Shown piece after piece: positions 1 to 8,615 of a stretch of DNA of 28,618 bases (position 1 is its first letter; each line of letters opens with the position of its first letter). Below the pieces are notes generated by a model. It saw only the letters and a program-made list of their open reading frames with translations. It was not told the DNA's origin and searched no databases. The DNA is from a virus. Lineage: Duplodnaviria; Caudoviricetes. The stretch covers positions 1 to 28,618 of the IMG/VR virus record IMGVR_UViG_3300044676_001095; one strand, given 5' to 3'. Position numbers and translations under genes: made by a program.

Positions 1-154
1 TACCTAATGCTGTGCTTGTACCAGAACCGCCATAGGTTTGTGTTAGATTTGGCCCATCGTCATCATTAAACCGCAAAGACTGGTCAATGAGATATGGGTA
101 AAACCCAGATGCCGGAGTGTACATCCATTGTGAGGAACCTACTGGCGTAGACAT
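1..154 (-). CDS. 5' part of a tail/receptor-binding protein (probably LamG/ConA-like), truncated by the window edge
   Basis: Not in the ORF track. Manual translation from ATG 154 gives MSTPVGSSQWMYTPASGFYPYLIDQSLRFNDDDGPNLTQTYGGSG..., open to position 1. AGGGGG RBS upstream. The YxIxQSLRFND start is typical of marine phage lectin-like tail proteins. Confidence 0.7.
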   Translation of the reverse strand, partial: MSTPVGSSQWMYTPASGFYPYLIDQSLRFNDDDGPNLTQTYGGSGTSTALG

Positions 155-163
155 ACAAACCCC

Positions 164-817
164 CTAGCCAAACGCCAGTTGAGGCGTACCAAGTAGAATA
201 GAATCTGTACCCTTAACAACATAAGGTACAATGTCATAGGCATCAGCCGCAGTTGATAGCGTCAAGCCAGCCGCACCAACAGTCTCATAGTCAGTGTCAA
301 GAGATACTGTGTAGCCGCCTGTGCTATCCTGTATGAAGATGATAAAGCCAGACTGCCCGATAGTCTCAGTGGTTGGGTTAGCCAATGTTGCATTACCTGT
401 CAGCGTCAACACAAAGTTCTGATAGTTGGCAAAGTCCAATGTGGTACTGCCGCTAACATTTGTGTTGGTATTTACACTGCCCTGCACAGACGTGCTGAAT
501 ACAACAGCGCCACTAAACGTGCCGCCTGTAGATGGCACAGCATCAGCCACGCTAAACAAGCCATAGACAGTAACCTCGCAAATATCGCCACTGGCAAGCG
601 CAACTAGATTATCAATGGTATTAGCCGTGTTAGTGTCGTAGTCCGTACCAGCGACCAGCAAAACGCCATTAAGGTGTACTGTAAGATTAACACCAGATGT
701 AAAGGCTAGTGATAAGCCATTATCATCCGTTCCAGAGATGCTTGTCTCGCCACCAGTTGCAGTGTAGGTGAAGCGAGTGATATTCGCAAAGTCTGCACTA
801 GGGCCGATATAAGGCAT
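164..817 (-). CDS. Virion/tail structural protein
   Basis: 217 aa, Thr/Gly/Ser-rich beta-type sequence with marine-phage tail motifs (VHLNGVLL..GTDY; FVLTLTGNATLANPT..GQSG). Lies in the tail cluster. Confidence 0.75.
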   Translation of the reverse strand: MPYIGPSADFANITRFTYTATGGETSISGTDDNGLSLAFTSGVNLTVHLNGVLLVAGTDYDTNTANTIDNLVALASGDICEVTVYGLFSVADAVPSTGGTFSGAVVFSTSVQGSVNTNTNVSGSTTLDFANYQNFVLTLTGNATLANPTTETIGQSGFIIFIQDSTGGYTVSLDTDYETVGAAGLTLSTAADAYDIVPYVVKGTDSILLGTPQLAFG

Positions 818-1167
818 CAGGTTATCTCCATAATACTCAATGTCGCGTCAAGACCAGCAGACACATCGCAGTCAATGTCGATAACATCTGTTGTTTGCAG
901 GATGTACTTGTTGCCAGCCATGAACTCAAGAGATGACCCAGCCAAGATTGGAACATCCTTAACCACATTTACTGTCTCGTTAGTTTCTGTATCAACAGTA
1001 TTAGATACAATCCGAACAGTAGCTGTAACAGATGCCGTGTGTACGTTGGTTAGTGTCAGGCCGATAACAACCGTAGTTGTCGCAGCCGGAACTGTATAAA
1101 GTGTTTCGGGCGTACCAGAACTAACTGGCATAGCCCCATTTGATTTAAGTTTGAAGGTATTAGCCAT
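817..1167 (-). CDS. Small virion (tail-associated) structural protein
   Basis: 116 aa MANTFK...LYTVPAATTTVVIGL...LSIMEIT type. Its stop overlaps the start of the downstream gene. Confidence 0.75.
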   Translation of the reverse strand: MANTFKLKSNGAMPVSSGTPETLYTVPAATTTVVIGLTLTNVHTASVTATVRIVSNTVDTETNETVNVVKDVPILAGSSLEFMAGNKYILQTTDVIDIDCDVSAGLDATLSIMEIT

Positions 1168-1171
1168 TTGT

Positions 1172-1912
1172 TTATCCTAGTGCTATTGCCAGAGATGTTG
1201 CGATGGACTCAATCTGGGCTGTTGATGCGCCGCCAAGGGCAGCGTTTGTGTCAATCAACAAGTCCCATTTAGCAGCATCCGCATTGCTACTAATTGGCGT
1301 AGTGCCGCTAGATGTATGCGCCGTATTAGCAATATACAGGTTGTAGTTACTTCCATCAGTAACAATATCACGCGCAGTATATGCAACTCCAGCCGCCCAA
1401 GTGCCTTTAGACACGCCAATCTCTTGTGTAACCGCAATCTCACCATTAGTGTCAAACGCCAAGATTTTGTTAGCACGGTCTGCTGCACCAACAGCAAACT
1501 CTGTACTTGTCATGGTGTTTGTGCGCGACAGCTTAATGGAACGGTCTACTTCTTCCTGGACTTCCTGCACCAAGAATGTCAGCTTGTCCAGCGCGTCCTC
1601 ATGCGCTTCGGCTGGGAACGGGTCATTTGGCGTATAGTCGGTTGTCTGTGTTTGTGCAGACTCGCGCCGCAGCACAACAGTATTGCCTGTAGCTGGGGCT
1701 GTGACAAATGTGATTGTGCCGCCACCAGCATTACCCACGCCTGACACAGTGTAGTTTGTGGTGATTGTCTGGACAGTCTCAGTAGCCGTGGCGTTGTTAC
1801 GCAGAATTACCGCAATGTCGTCCTCGTCAAATATCTTGAACGTGTACGAAAACGCGGTGGTGCTGCCATCACCCGCATAACTGTTCTTAGTTGTGGTACT
1901 GCTAACTGTCAT
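1172..1912 (-). CDS. Tail fibre/adaptor with T7 gp17-like N-terminal anchor and a CBM5/12-like module
   Basis: N-terminus YAGDGSTTAFSYTFKIF...HEDALDKLT is typical of podovirus tail-fibre anchors. WAAGVAYTARDIV...YIANTAHTS...W resembles the chitin-binding-like repeat. AGGAG RBS. Confidence 0.8.
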   Translation of the reverse strand: MTVSSTTTKNSYAGDGSTTAFSYTFKIFDEDDIAVILRNNATATETVQTITTNYTVSGVGNAGGGTITFVTAPATGNTVVLRRESAQTQTTDYTPNDPFPAEAHEDALDKLTFLVQEVQEEVDRSIKLSRTNTMTSTEFAVGAADRANKILAFDTNGEIAVTQEIGVSKGTWAAGVAYTARDIVTDGSNYNLYIANTAHTSSGTTPISSNADAAKWDLLIDTNAALGGASTAQIESIATSLAIALG

Positions 1913-1966
1913 ATTTAACTCCTAGCATATATATACAGCATTTTAGCTATTTACGAAAGCGTTGGG

Positions 1967-4900
1967 TTATTCCGGCATTGTTTCAAGAGATTTCAGTCCT
2001 GATTTTGCAATTTCAATCATTGTTAAATAAAGCTGGTCTATCATCTGACGTTTTTCTTTTGGTTCTGCCGGGCCAGCGTGTATTAGCCGAATGGTTCTGC
2101 TAATATTTGACATGCTATTCTTGTAACCTAGCAACGGCACTAATCGTAAGTCAGTCTGACTTAACACACGTTTAGCGTCTTCCATACGGTTTTCTTTTTG
2201 TAATTTTTCTATGGTCTTCATTCGACCGCCAATTTTGTCGTATTTTCTGTAAAAGTCCTGTATGGGTTGTGCGCTTCCTGACGGTTTTCTAACAAGAAAC
2301 GCCCTTATAACAGGCAAGTCCTCTAATGTTGGCTCTGGTTTAGTCGGCTGCACCACAGCACCAGATTCTACTAACGCTTTATCGGCGGCTTCAATCGCGT
2401 ACCTACCCAAAGTGCCAGTCCAAGACTTGATTAGATGGTCAATCTTAGCTGGACTGGCAGCGGCTGTGTCTGTAAATATGCTAATCTCGTTTATCAGCTT
2501 ACCTAAGACTTTAGCAGACGCGCTGGTGTAGTTGTCGTACTGAAACTCAGGCAGCATGTTTTCCATGCCCCGTGGGACAATCGTGCGGTCATTAAAAAGA
2601 TTTTTGTTTGCCCAAAATTCAACAAACGGTTTAGCAAAATCTGGGATTGGCCCCATTGATAATGCCGCATCTTTAAAAGTCTCCAAGAAAAACCGCTGCA
2701 TATGCTCTGGGTCTTTGGAGTAAGCAAAGTCCATCATGCGTTCTGCGCCTGTGCCAAAAAGAACGCCTAGCTCAAAGGGCTTTGGTATGCGCCAAACAGT
2801 GTAATCGTTTGGCTCATCAATAGTTCCATCACCAGTAATTACAATCCAAGCCAAATCTTTCTGCCACTGAGGTAAGTCTAAATATCTAGGGTCATCGTGG
2901 TTCTTCATGTGCAATAGTATGCTTGGCAAGGTTATGTAAGCAAAAACTTTAGCTGATGTTTGCAATGGGCGTTGCTGATAAGCCTCATATATTTTTGCGT
3001 AACCTTGAACACGGGCATTGAAGAAAGCAGAAATCATATTAAGACCCTGCATTGTGGTTCCCATTTTAGAAAAATCTATAGTGATGTCTCTTGACTCAAA
3101 ACCAGCCTTCTCTATTACATCTCTATCAGTCAGCTTTCTGTTCTTTTTTAATGCTTGGACAGCAAGACTATATTGACCTATGCGTCCGGAACTTTCAAAG
3201 AACTCTGAAGCAGCCCGTAACGCTTCCAGCGGGTTGGTTATTACATTACGCATTGTGCCTGACGTTAGCTGCTTCTTCATGTCTGTTTTGAAGTAATTTC
3301 TGTCAAAACTAACAAGCATAGATTGCATTGCGCCTGATGATGTCCATTCTTTGTACAGTTCTGTTTTATTTATCATATGCCAGAAACCCATAGCATTATG
3401 ATACATTGGCACAAAGTTACGATTGCTTAGAACCCCTGCTGTAAACGCATCTCTAGTCAAGTTCCTTACCATAAAGTCTGGGGCAAGCGTTGCACCAGCC
3501 CTTAACAATCTTGATGGCGTTCCTATAAACTGCATAAACAGGCTTGATTGCAGTCTGTTCATATCTTTAAGGGCTGTGGCTATTTCTGGCCCTACACTCC
3601 AGACCTCTTGTTTTCCGTTGCGGTACACTCCTATTTCACCAGCAGCCTCGTTCACTATTTGACCACCTCTGCGAAATACAGTCATTCCATCAGCAAACTC
3701 AGGTTTTATTGGGCTGTCGAAAGCTGCCTCAAGTTCTTCTTTTGTTATTTTTGTTCCCTTTGCTTTTGTTACCCTTTGCACTTCTGGGAACGCTTCTGGT
3801 AACTTTTCAACCATCTCAATAAACTTTACATACGCCAAGTTTCTTTCAGCAATAGCTACATTAGTAAGCGTGTTAAGGTGTATGCTAGTTAGAGGGTCTT
3901 GTATTTTAGCCTCACTTCCCTTAAATCTTTTCATAGGGTTGCGGACTGCCTTGCTAAAATTACCAGAGGCCATTTTTACAGTTTCATCCATTACCCTATA
4001 AAATGGAACGTAATCTCTGTTTGCCTCAAATACTGCGGTTGCCGCCTCTTTAGAAAAGACACCGCTATCAACCAAAAACTGCACACTTCTTTTTTGGAAC
4101 TCATTTAGTTCTCTAAATATTTCATTAAATGTAGGTTGGTTGCCTCTATCTTTGTTAGCTAATTCAACAACTGTTGCCCGTGCCTCTGCTAATGGAACGC
4201 CAGTTTCCTTACCCTGTTCTGCTTTTTCAACAGCACGTTTTGCAATAGCAAAGGCAGTAAACTCCTTAACTTCTTTGTCTGTCTTAACAGTCTCCATAAT
4301 TTTCATAAGACCTGGGCCGTTAGGCTTTAAGGTAGCAAAGTCGAGTGTGCCATGCTGCAAGAAGTGCATACCACGACCAATCATGCCAGGTTGTAACCTC
4401 ATTTGCTGATACGGCGTCACCTTAGAGTCAAATGAACCACCTTTCTCCTCAAAATTCCTTACTGCTTTTAATACAGGATGCAAACGGTCAATCCACATTG
4501 TTGTGAACTTTGACCTAACATCAGACATTGATTCCCTGTTCTTAGGAACCTCAAACTCCACCCTGTTTACAACAGCATTAACAGCATCGGATACGGGAAT
4601 ATCTTTTGGCGCGGTTTCAATACGCGCAAATTCAACAGCAGCGGGTGGTTCCAGCCCACTTTCCCTAGCTGTGTTATACTTTTCTGCGTTAATTGCTTCA
4701 GAATTTCGGAGGTTTATCAAATCCTCTGGACGAACCTCATACAAAACATCAGGTGTCTCTCGCTTCGGATTTGACCCTTCTTTGAAAGGTTGTATAGCTT
4801 CCGTTGGTTCAATAGGGTCGCGGAACCTTTCTTGGTTTGTACTTGCCAAATCTTCTTTCATGCGAGGGTTAAGTTCTACTTCTTGCAAAACTTCCACAGG

Positions 4901-5842
4901 AGATTTATCTGTTTTCTTTGCCCTTTCCATAAACATGCGCTTTGCCCGTGGCACACCCTCAAATGCGCCGAATGTACCCAAAACTAATCCAGTGTTTATG
5001 AGTTCATCTGATGTTGGCATACGTTGCTCAATCAACGCCCCTGCGCCTGTGAAGGCGGCATACTGTGTTGCGTATTTACCAACCAGGCTTTTTGCACCAA
5101 TCCACCCAGGGGCTGCTGCACCTGTGCCTAAAATCAATCCCGACTTCAAGCCCTCCTTAAAGCCGTGGTCAACAAAAGAATCCCACCAATCCTTGTAAGA
5201 ACTTGTTTCGCCTCTTTCCAAGGCATCTATATACATTGACTTAATAGACTCATTTACAAACCCAGCGGCAAAGCCGCCAGCAAACACATTGCCACCAGTA
5301 GCTGTAGTCCCACCTATAGCGGCGGGTATAAAAACTGGCATATCACCGCCAATCATAGACATTGTTTCAAGCCATCTTTCTAAATGCCCTGTATCCTCTG
5401 GCTCGGGGCTTAATGCCATTTGCGCGTCTACACCCACCTCGCCTTTTGTGTGATATTGCAAAACAAGGTTTGTGGTAGACTTTCCAAACCCTCTGTCTAA
5501 ATATTCACCCCACTCTGCTTTCTCTCCAACAGACCATTCTTTGACTTCTTTTAAAACATTTCGCCAATAGGACTCTATTTCTCTAGTTGCGGTAACAGGC
5601 TGTCCAAACTCAGAATCTACAAATTCAGAAGGTGATTGCGACAATTCTTCAGAAGGTATCTCGGCTGTGGTAGCTGGTGTTGGCGTGGCGTATTGTGAAG
5701 GTCTGCCAAACTCAGTAGCAATCTGTTCCGCAGACATGCCAGCACCAGACATTATGGCAATGTTTTCTTGCCTAAAAGCCTGTATCTCACTGTCAGGAAC
5801 TCCAGCACCCTGCATGATAATGATTTCGTCATTAAGACTCAT
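1967..5842 (-). CDS. Large DNA-ejection/internal virion protein (gp16 position) with LPD38-like C-terminal domain
   Basis: 1291 aa. C-terminal RIPKPFELGVLFG...EFWANKNLF...SPAKIDHLIKSWTGTLG resembles LPD38. Last of three internal-protein genes before the tail fibre. Confidence 0.75.
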   Translation of the reverse strand: MSLNDEIIIMQGAGVPDSEIQAFRQENIAIMSGAGMSAEQIATEFGRPSQYATPTPATTAEIPSEELSQSPSEFVDSEFGQPVTATREIESYWRNVLKEVKEWSVGEKAEWGEYLDRGFGKSTTNLVLQYHTKGEVGVDAQMALSPEPEDTGHLERWLETMSMIGGDMPVFIPAAIGGTTATGGNVFAGGFAAGFVNESIKSMYIDALERGETSSYKDWWDSFVDHGFKEGLKSGLILGTGAAAPGWIGAKSLVGKYATQYAAFTGAGALIEQRMPTSDELINTGLVLGTFGAFEGVPRAKRMFMERAKKTDKSPVEVLQEVELNPRMKEDLASTNQERFRDPIEPTEAIQPFKEGSNPKRETPDVLYEVRPEDLINLRNSEAINAEKYNTARESGLEPPAAVEFARIETAPKDIPVSDAVNAVVNRVEFEVPKNRESMSDVRSKFTTMWIDRLHPVLKAVRNFEEKGGSFDSKVTPYQQMRLQPGMIGRGMHFLQHGTLDFATLKPNGPGLMKIMETVKTDKEVKEFTAFAIAKRAVEKAEQGKETGVPLAEARATVVELANKDRGNQPTFNEIFRELNEFQKRSVQFLVDSGVFSKEAATAVFEANRDYVPFYRVMDETVKMASGNFSKAVRNPMKRFKGSEAKIQDPLTSIHLNTLTNVAIAERNLAYVKFIEMVEKLPEAFPEVQRVTKAKGTKITKEELEAAFDSPIKPEFADGMTVFRRGGQIVNEAAGEIGVYRNGKQEVWSVGPEIATALKDMNRLQSSLFMQFIGTPSRLLRAGATLAPDFMVRNLTRDAFTAGVLSNRNFVPMYHNAMGFWHMINKTELYKEWTSSGAMQSMLVSFDRNYFKTDMKKQLTSGTMRNVITNPLEALRAASEFFESSGRIGQYSLAVQALKKNRKLTDRDVIEKAGFESRDITIDFSKMGTTMQGLNMISAFFNARVQGYAKIYEAYQQRPLQTSAKVFAYITLPSILLHMKNHDDPRYLDLPQWQKDLAWIVITGDGTIDEPNDYTVWRIPKPFELGVLFGTGAERMMDFAYSKDPEHMQRFFLETFKDAALSMGPIPDFAKPFVEFWANKNLFNDRTIVPRGMENMLPEFQYDNYTSASAKVLGKLINEISIFTDTAAASPAKIDHLIKSWTGTLGRYAIEAADKALVESGAVVQPTKPEPTLEDLPVIRAFLVRKPSGSAQPIQDFYRKYDKIGGRMKTIEKLQKENRMEDAKRVLSQTDLRLVPLLGYKNSMSNISRTIRLIHAGPAEPKEKRQMIDQLYLTMIEIAKSGLKSLETMPE

Positions 5843-5854
5843 ACTAGCTTAACC

Positions 5855-7732
5855 TTACTGTTGCTGCTGTCTTCGCATCATGTCAATGTACCGTGGGTAG
5901 TTTGGCCCTGTGCGATATGACTTGTAGGCATCTGTTTGCAAGTAGTCTGCGTATGACATCCCAGCAGGTATTGGTGGTGGGGCCAGTTCTTGAAGGGAAG
6001 GCAATGCGCCAGTATCAACAAGGCTGTCTGTAATTTCTTGCATTAACTCAGCATTAGTAGGCGTAAAGTTTTCATTAGGGCGTATTAGAAACTTTGGGCT
6101 TCTAGGGTCAAGAAGTTCTCTTGGGCTGTCCCCACGTTCTATGGCATCAAGATACCTAGCCTCCATTTGTTTAGTAAAATCATAATAGCGCGAGTCGCTG
6201 TTTAAACTTAATGAAGCAAAGTTTGGATTACCTATAATTTTATCTTTGTAATTCTTGGTAAAGTTATCAAATGCTTTCATATTTCTAACAAATGTCGAGT
6301 TTGCATCTGATTCAGTTATTCTTGCCTCTGCACGGATGTACCTCTCAAAAGCCTCAACGTCTTTATCGGCAAAGTCTGTGCCTTGTCTTTGCAATAAACT
6401 TAAACCGCCATTCTCCTGGTACTCAGGTAATGAACGCATTTTATCTGTGTCAGTCGTTAGCTGGAAACCCTGCGTTACATCCGTAACCTCTCCCGTAAAA
6501 ATTTTTTGCTGCGCTTCTCTATGGGCAGTAGGCTTGCTATCATTGAGTATTTCCCCTCTAGCACGGCGACCAGCCAAGTCAATTAGCTGTTCTCTGTAAA
6601 CCTCTCCCTTTGCCCCAACAAACTCCATGCCTCTTATTTTTTCAATGGCTGTCTCGCTGCCAGACATAACCATTTTTTTGCCATCGGTGTAAAGATTTTC
6701 ATTGGCATCTTCTTCTGCGCGGTCTCTGGCCTTTCTTTTAAAATCAAACTGCGCTTGTGCAGCAGCTTTTCTTGCTTGCCATGCCGCTTCTATCTGTACT
6801 TTTTCTTTATCCCCTAAAATTTTCCATTGCGCTTCAAGATTCGGGTCATCAAACTTTCCTTGTCGTGCATTTTCTATCTTTTCCTCTACGTCCTCTACCG
6901 TATCAAAGGTGGTATTGCCTACGTTTTCTATAGGAATAGCGTTAGCAAATGTTGCAACAAGTGCAGAATTTAATTCTGAAACTTTTGATTTTGCTAAACT
7001 TCTAAGGGTGTTTTGAGAAGCAGACCCAAGACCCTTAAACTCTTGACTCTGAAGGGCGGCATTTACCTGTTGTTCACTGACAGCCCCAGCAATCTGGTCT
7101 TGTACCCCTGCCCGATTACCATCTTCAACAATAGAGGATATTTGCGCCTCTAAGCTGCCAGGATTAAATTTTGTGGGAAGGCCTGATTTTACATCGTCAT
7201 CTACAAGTCCTCGCAAAGCGTCAACCTTTGGCTGAAAAAGCGGAGAGTTAGGGTTTAAGGACTTTAATTCGTCTAAGCCAATAACAACTGCCTTATCAGA
7301 TGCGGCAGCAGATTGCATTTTCCCTCTATTATTAGCCTTTAACTTTGCGTCAAACTGCTTTTGCAGCAGCAACTTTTCTACAGAGGCCTTTGCTACTTCT
7401 GTACGGCGTTTGCTATAACCTCTGCCATCAATATCGTCTAATATTTTTTTTCTAGTAGCCTCAAAATTAACTTGTGCGTCTGTAACATTTGTTGAGGTGT
7501 CTGCAAATAAAGCATCGTTAGCCGATTGAAAAGCGGTCGCATACTCCTCACGGGCGATGCGCTTATCTTCCCTGTCTCTTTCAATCATGCCAAACTTAAA
7601 AGCGGTGTCAGATACTTGCTGCCCCAATCCAGCTAAAGCACGACCTGGTGCTTCAAACGCAGCACTTGCGCGTGGCCCCAAAGACCCCGCCGCCATTTTT
7701 ACTTGTTGTTCATATACTGGAATCTTAGGCAT
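5855..7732 (-). CDS. Internal virion/ejection protein (gp15 position)
   Basis: 625 aa, helical and Ala/Gln/Glu-rich. MPKIPVYEQQV N-terminus typical of this slot; synteny. Confidence 0.7.
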   Translation of the reverse strand: MPKIPVYEQQVKMAAGSLGPRASAAFEAPGRALAGLGQQVSDTAFKFGMIERDREDKRIAREEYATAFQSANDALFADTSTNVTDAQVNFEATRKKILDDIDGRGYSKRRTEVAKASVEKLLLQKQFDAKLKANNRGKMQSAAASDKAVVIGLDELKSLNPNSPLFQPKVDALRGLVDDDVKSGLPTKFNPGSLEAQISSIVEDGNRAGVQDQIAGAVSEQQVNAALQSQEFKGLGSASQNTLRSLAKSKVSELNSALVATFANAIPIENVGNTTFDTVEDVEEKIENARQGKFDDPNLEAQWKILGDKEKVQIEAAWQARKAAAQAQFDFKRKARDRAEEDANENLYTDGKKMVMSGSETAIEKIRGMEFVGAKGEVYREQLIDLAGRRARGEILNDSKPTAHREAQQKIFTGEVTDVTQGFQLTTDTDKMRSLPEYQENGGLSLLQRQGTDFADKDVEAFERYIRAEARITESDANSTFVRNMKAFDNFTKNYKDKIIGNPNFASLSLNSDSRYYDFTKQMEARYLDAIERGDSPRELLDPRSPKFLIRPNENFTPTNAELMQEITDSLVDTGALPSLQELAPPPIPAGMSYADYLQTDAYKSYRTGPNYPRYIDMMRRQQQQ

Positions 7733-7740
7733 TATTTACC

Positions 7741-8193
7741 TCACGACATAATCTGGGCTGCTTGTGTGCCGCCAGACAACAATGACTGATATGAGGCCAT
7801 CTTGTAGGCAGATGCTTTTGCCCGTCCTTCAGCCCTAGCTAAAGCAGCCTCTGATTCTTTTGCTGCTTGCTCTATATCACCAGCGTACTGTATCTTTAGC
7901 GCATCCATCTCAGTGTTAAAGTAAGAATCTTCCGCAGCCTGTAACGCACTGCCAGACATCTGTATGCCAGCCTTGGCTGTTTGCACTTGGGCTGTCGCAA
8001 TCAGTCTAGCTGACTGACTCCGCATATTCTTTTCTTCGTCAATCTTACGGCGGCGTAATATAATGGCTTCATTCTCTGCAACCTGTGCATTAAAATCTGC
8101 AATTTGCTTTGCCTGTTTAGCTGCCGCCTGGTTGCCTTTGTAACCAAGAACACCACCTAATACTGAGCCGCCAGCGGCTAATGCCTCACTCAT
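7741..8193 (-). CDS. Internal virion/ejection protein (gp14 position)
   Basis: 150 aa with Gly/Ala-rich hydrophobic N-terminus, AGIQMSGSAL motif and coiled coil. Follows the GNAT gene. Confidence 0.75.
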   Translation of the reverse strand: MSEALAAGGSVLGGVLGYKGNQAAAKQAKQIADFNAQVAENEAIILRRRKIDEEKNMRSQSARLIATAQVQTAKAGIQMSGSALQAAEDSYFNTEMDALKIQYAGDIEQAAKESEAALARAEGRAKASAYKMASYQSLLSGGTQAAQIMS

Positions 8194-8615
8194 TACATCA
8201 CCTTCGCCATGCGATAGTAGTTACTACCGTCTGGCCCAAACTTATACATGACACCTTCATCCTCAAATCCCATCCATCTAGCAAACCTGATTGCCTCTGG
8301 GTCGCCCATGTGAATACTAGCTTGCACACGGTGTAAATCTGTTGTCGCCAGTATACTACTAAACAACGTCTTAGCATACCTAGCTAGTGATAGCTTCCAT
8401 TTAGGCGCATGTTTAGACAGGATTACCCAACCCTCGCCCACACCAGGCCACATCTCATGTATGCCGCCAACAGCTACAACATCGTCTTCACCCAGCACAG
8501 CATAGCCAACAACTTGCTGCCCGTTGTCAAATGCAGCCCTCATGCTGTCTGGGAACTCAAAGTCAGTCTCAATGCTATTTACTAGCCCTGCATCAAATGG
8601 AACAATTCTAAGCAT
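8193..8615 (-). CDS. GNAT-fold protein (T7 gp13-like position)
   Basis: VVAVGGI...GEGWV...HRVQA...AIRFARWMGFEDEG GNAT signature. Between tail tubular B and the ejection genes. Confidence 0.8.
   Translation of the reverse strand: MLRIVPFDAGLVNSIETDFEFPDSMRAAFDNGQQVVGYAVLGEDDVVAVGGIHEMWPGVGEGWVILSKHAPKWKLSLARYAKTLFSSILATTDLHRVQASIHMGDPEAIRFARWMGFEDEGVMYKFGPDGSNYYRMAKVM

Noticed and set aside
1913-1966. Possible shared late-promoter motif with the terS upstream region (CGCTTT, TAAATAG, TATATATG)
   Set aside because: The elements occur in a different order and spacing and are short and AT-rich, so chance cannot be excluded.
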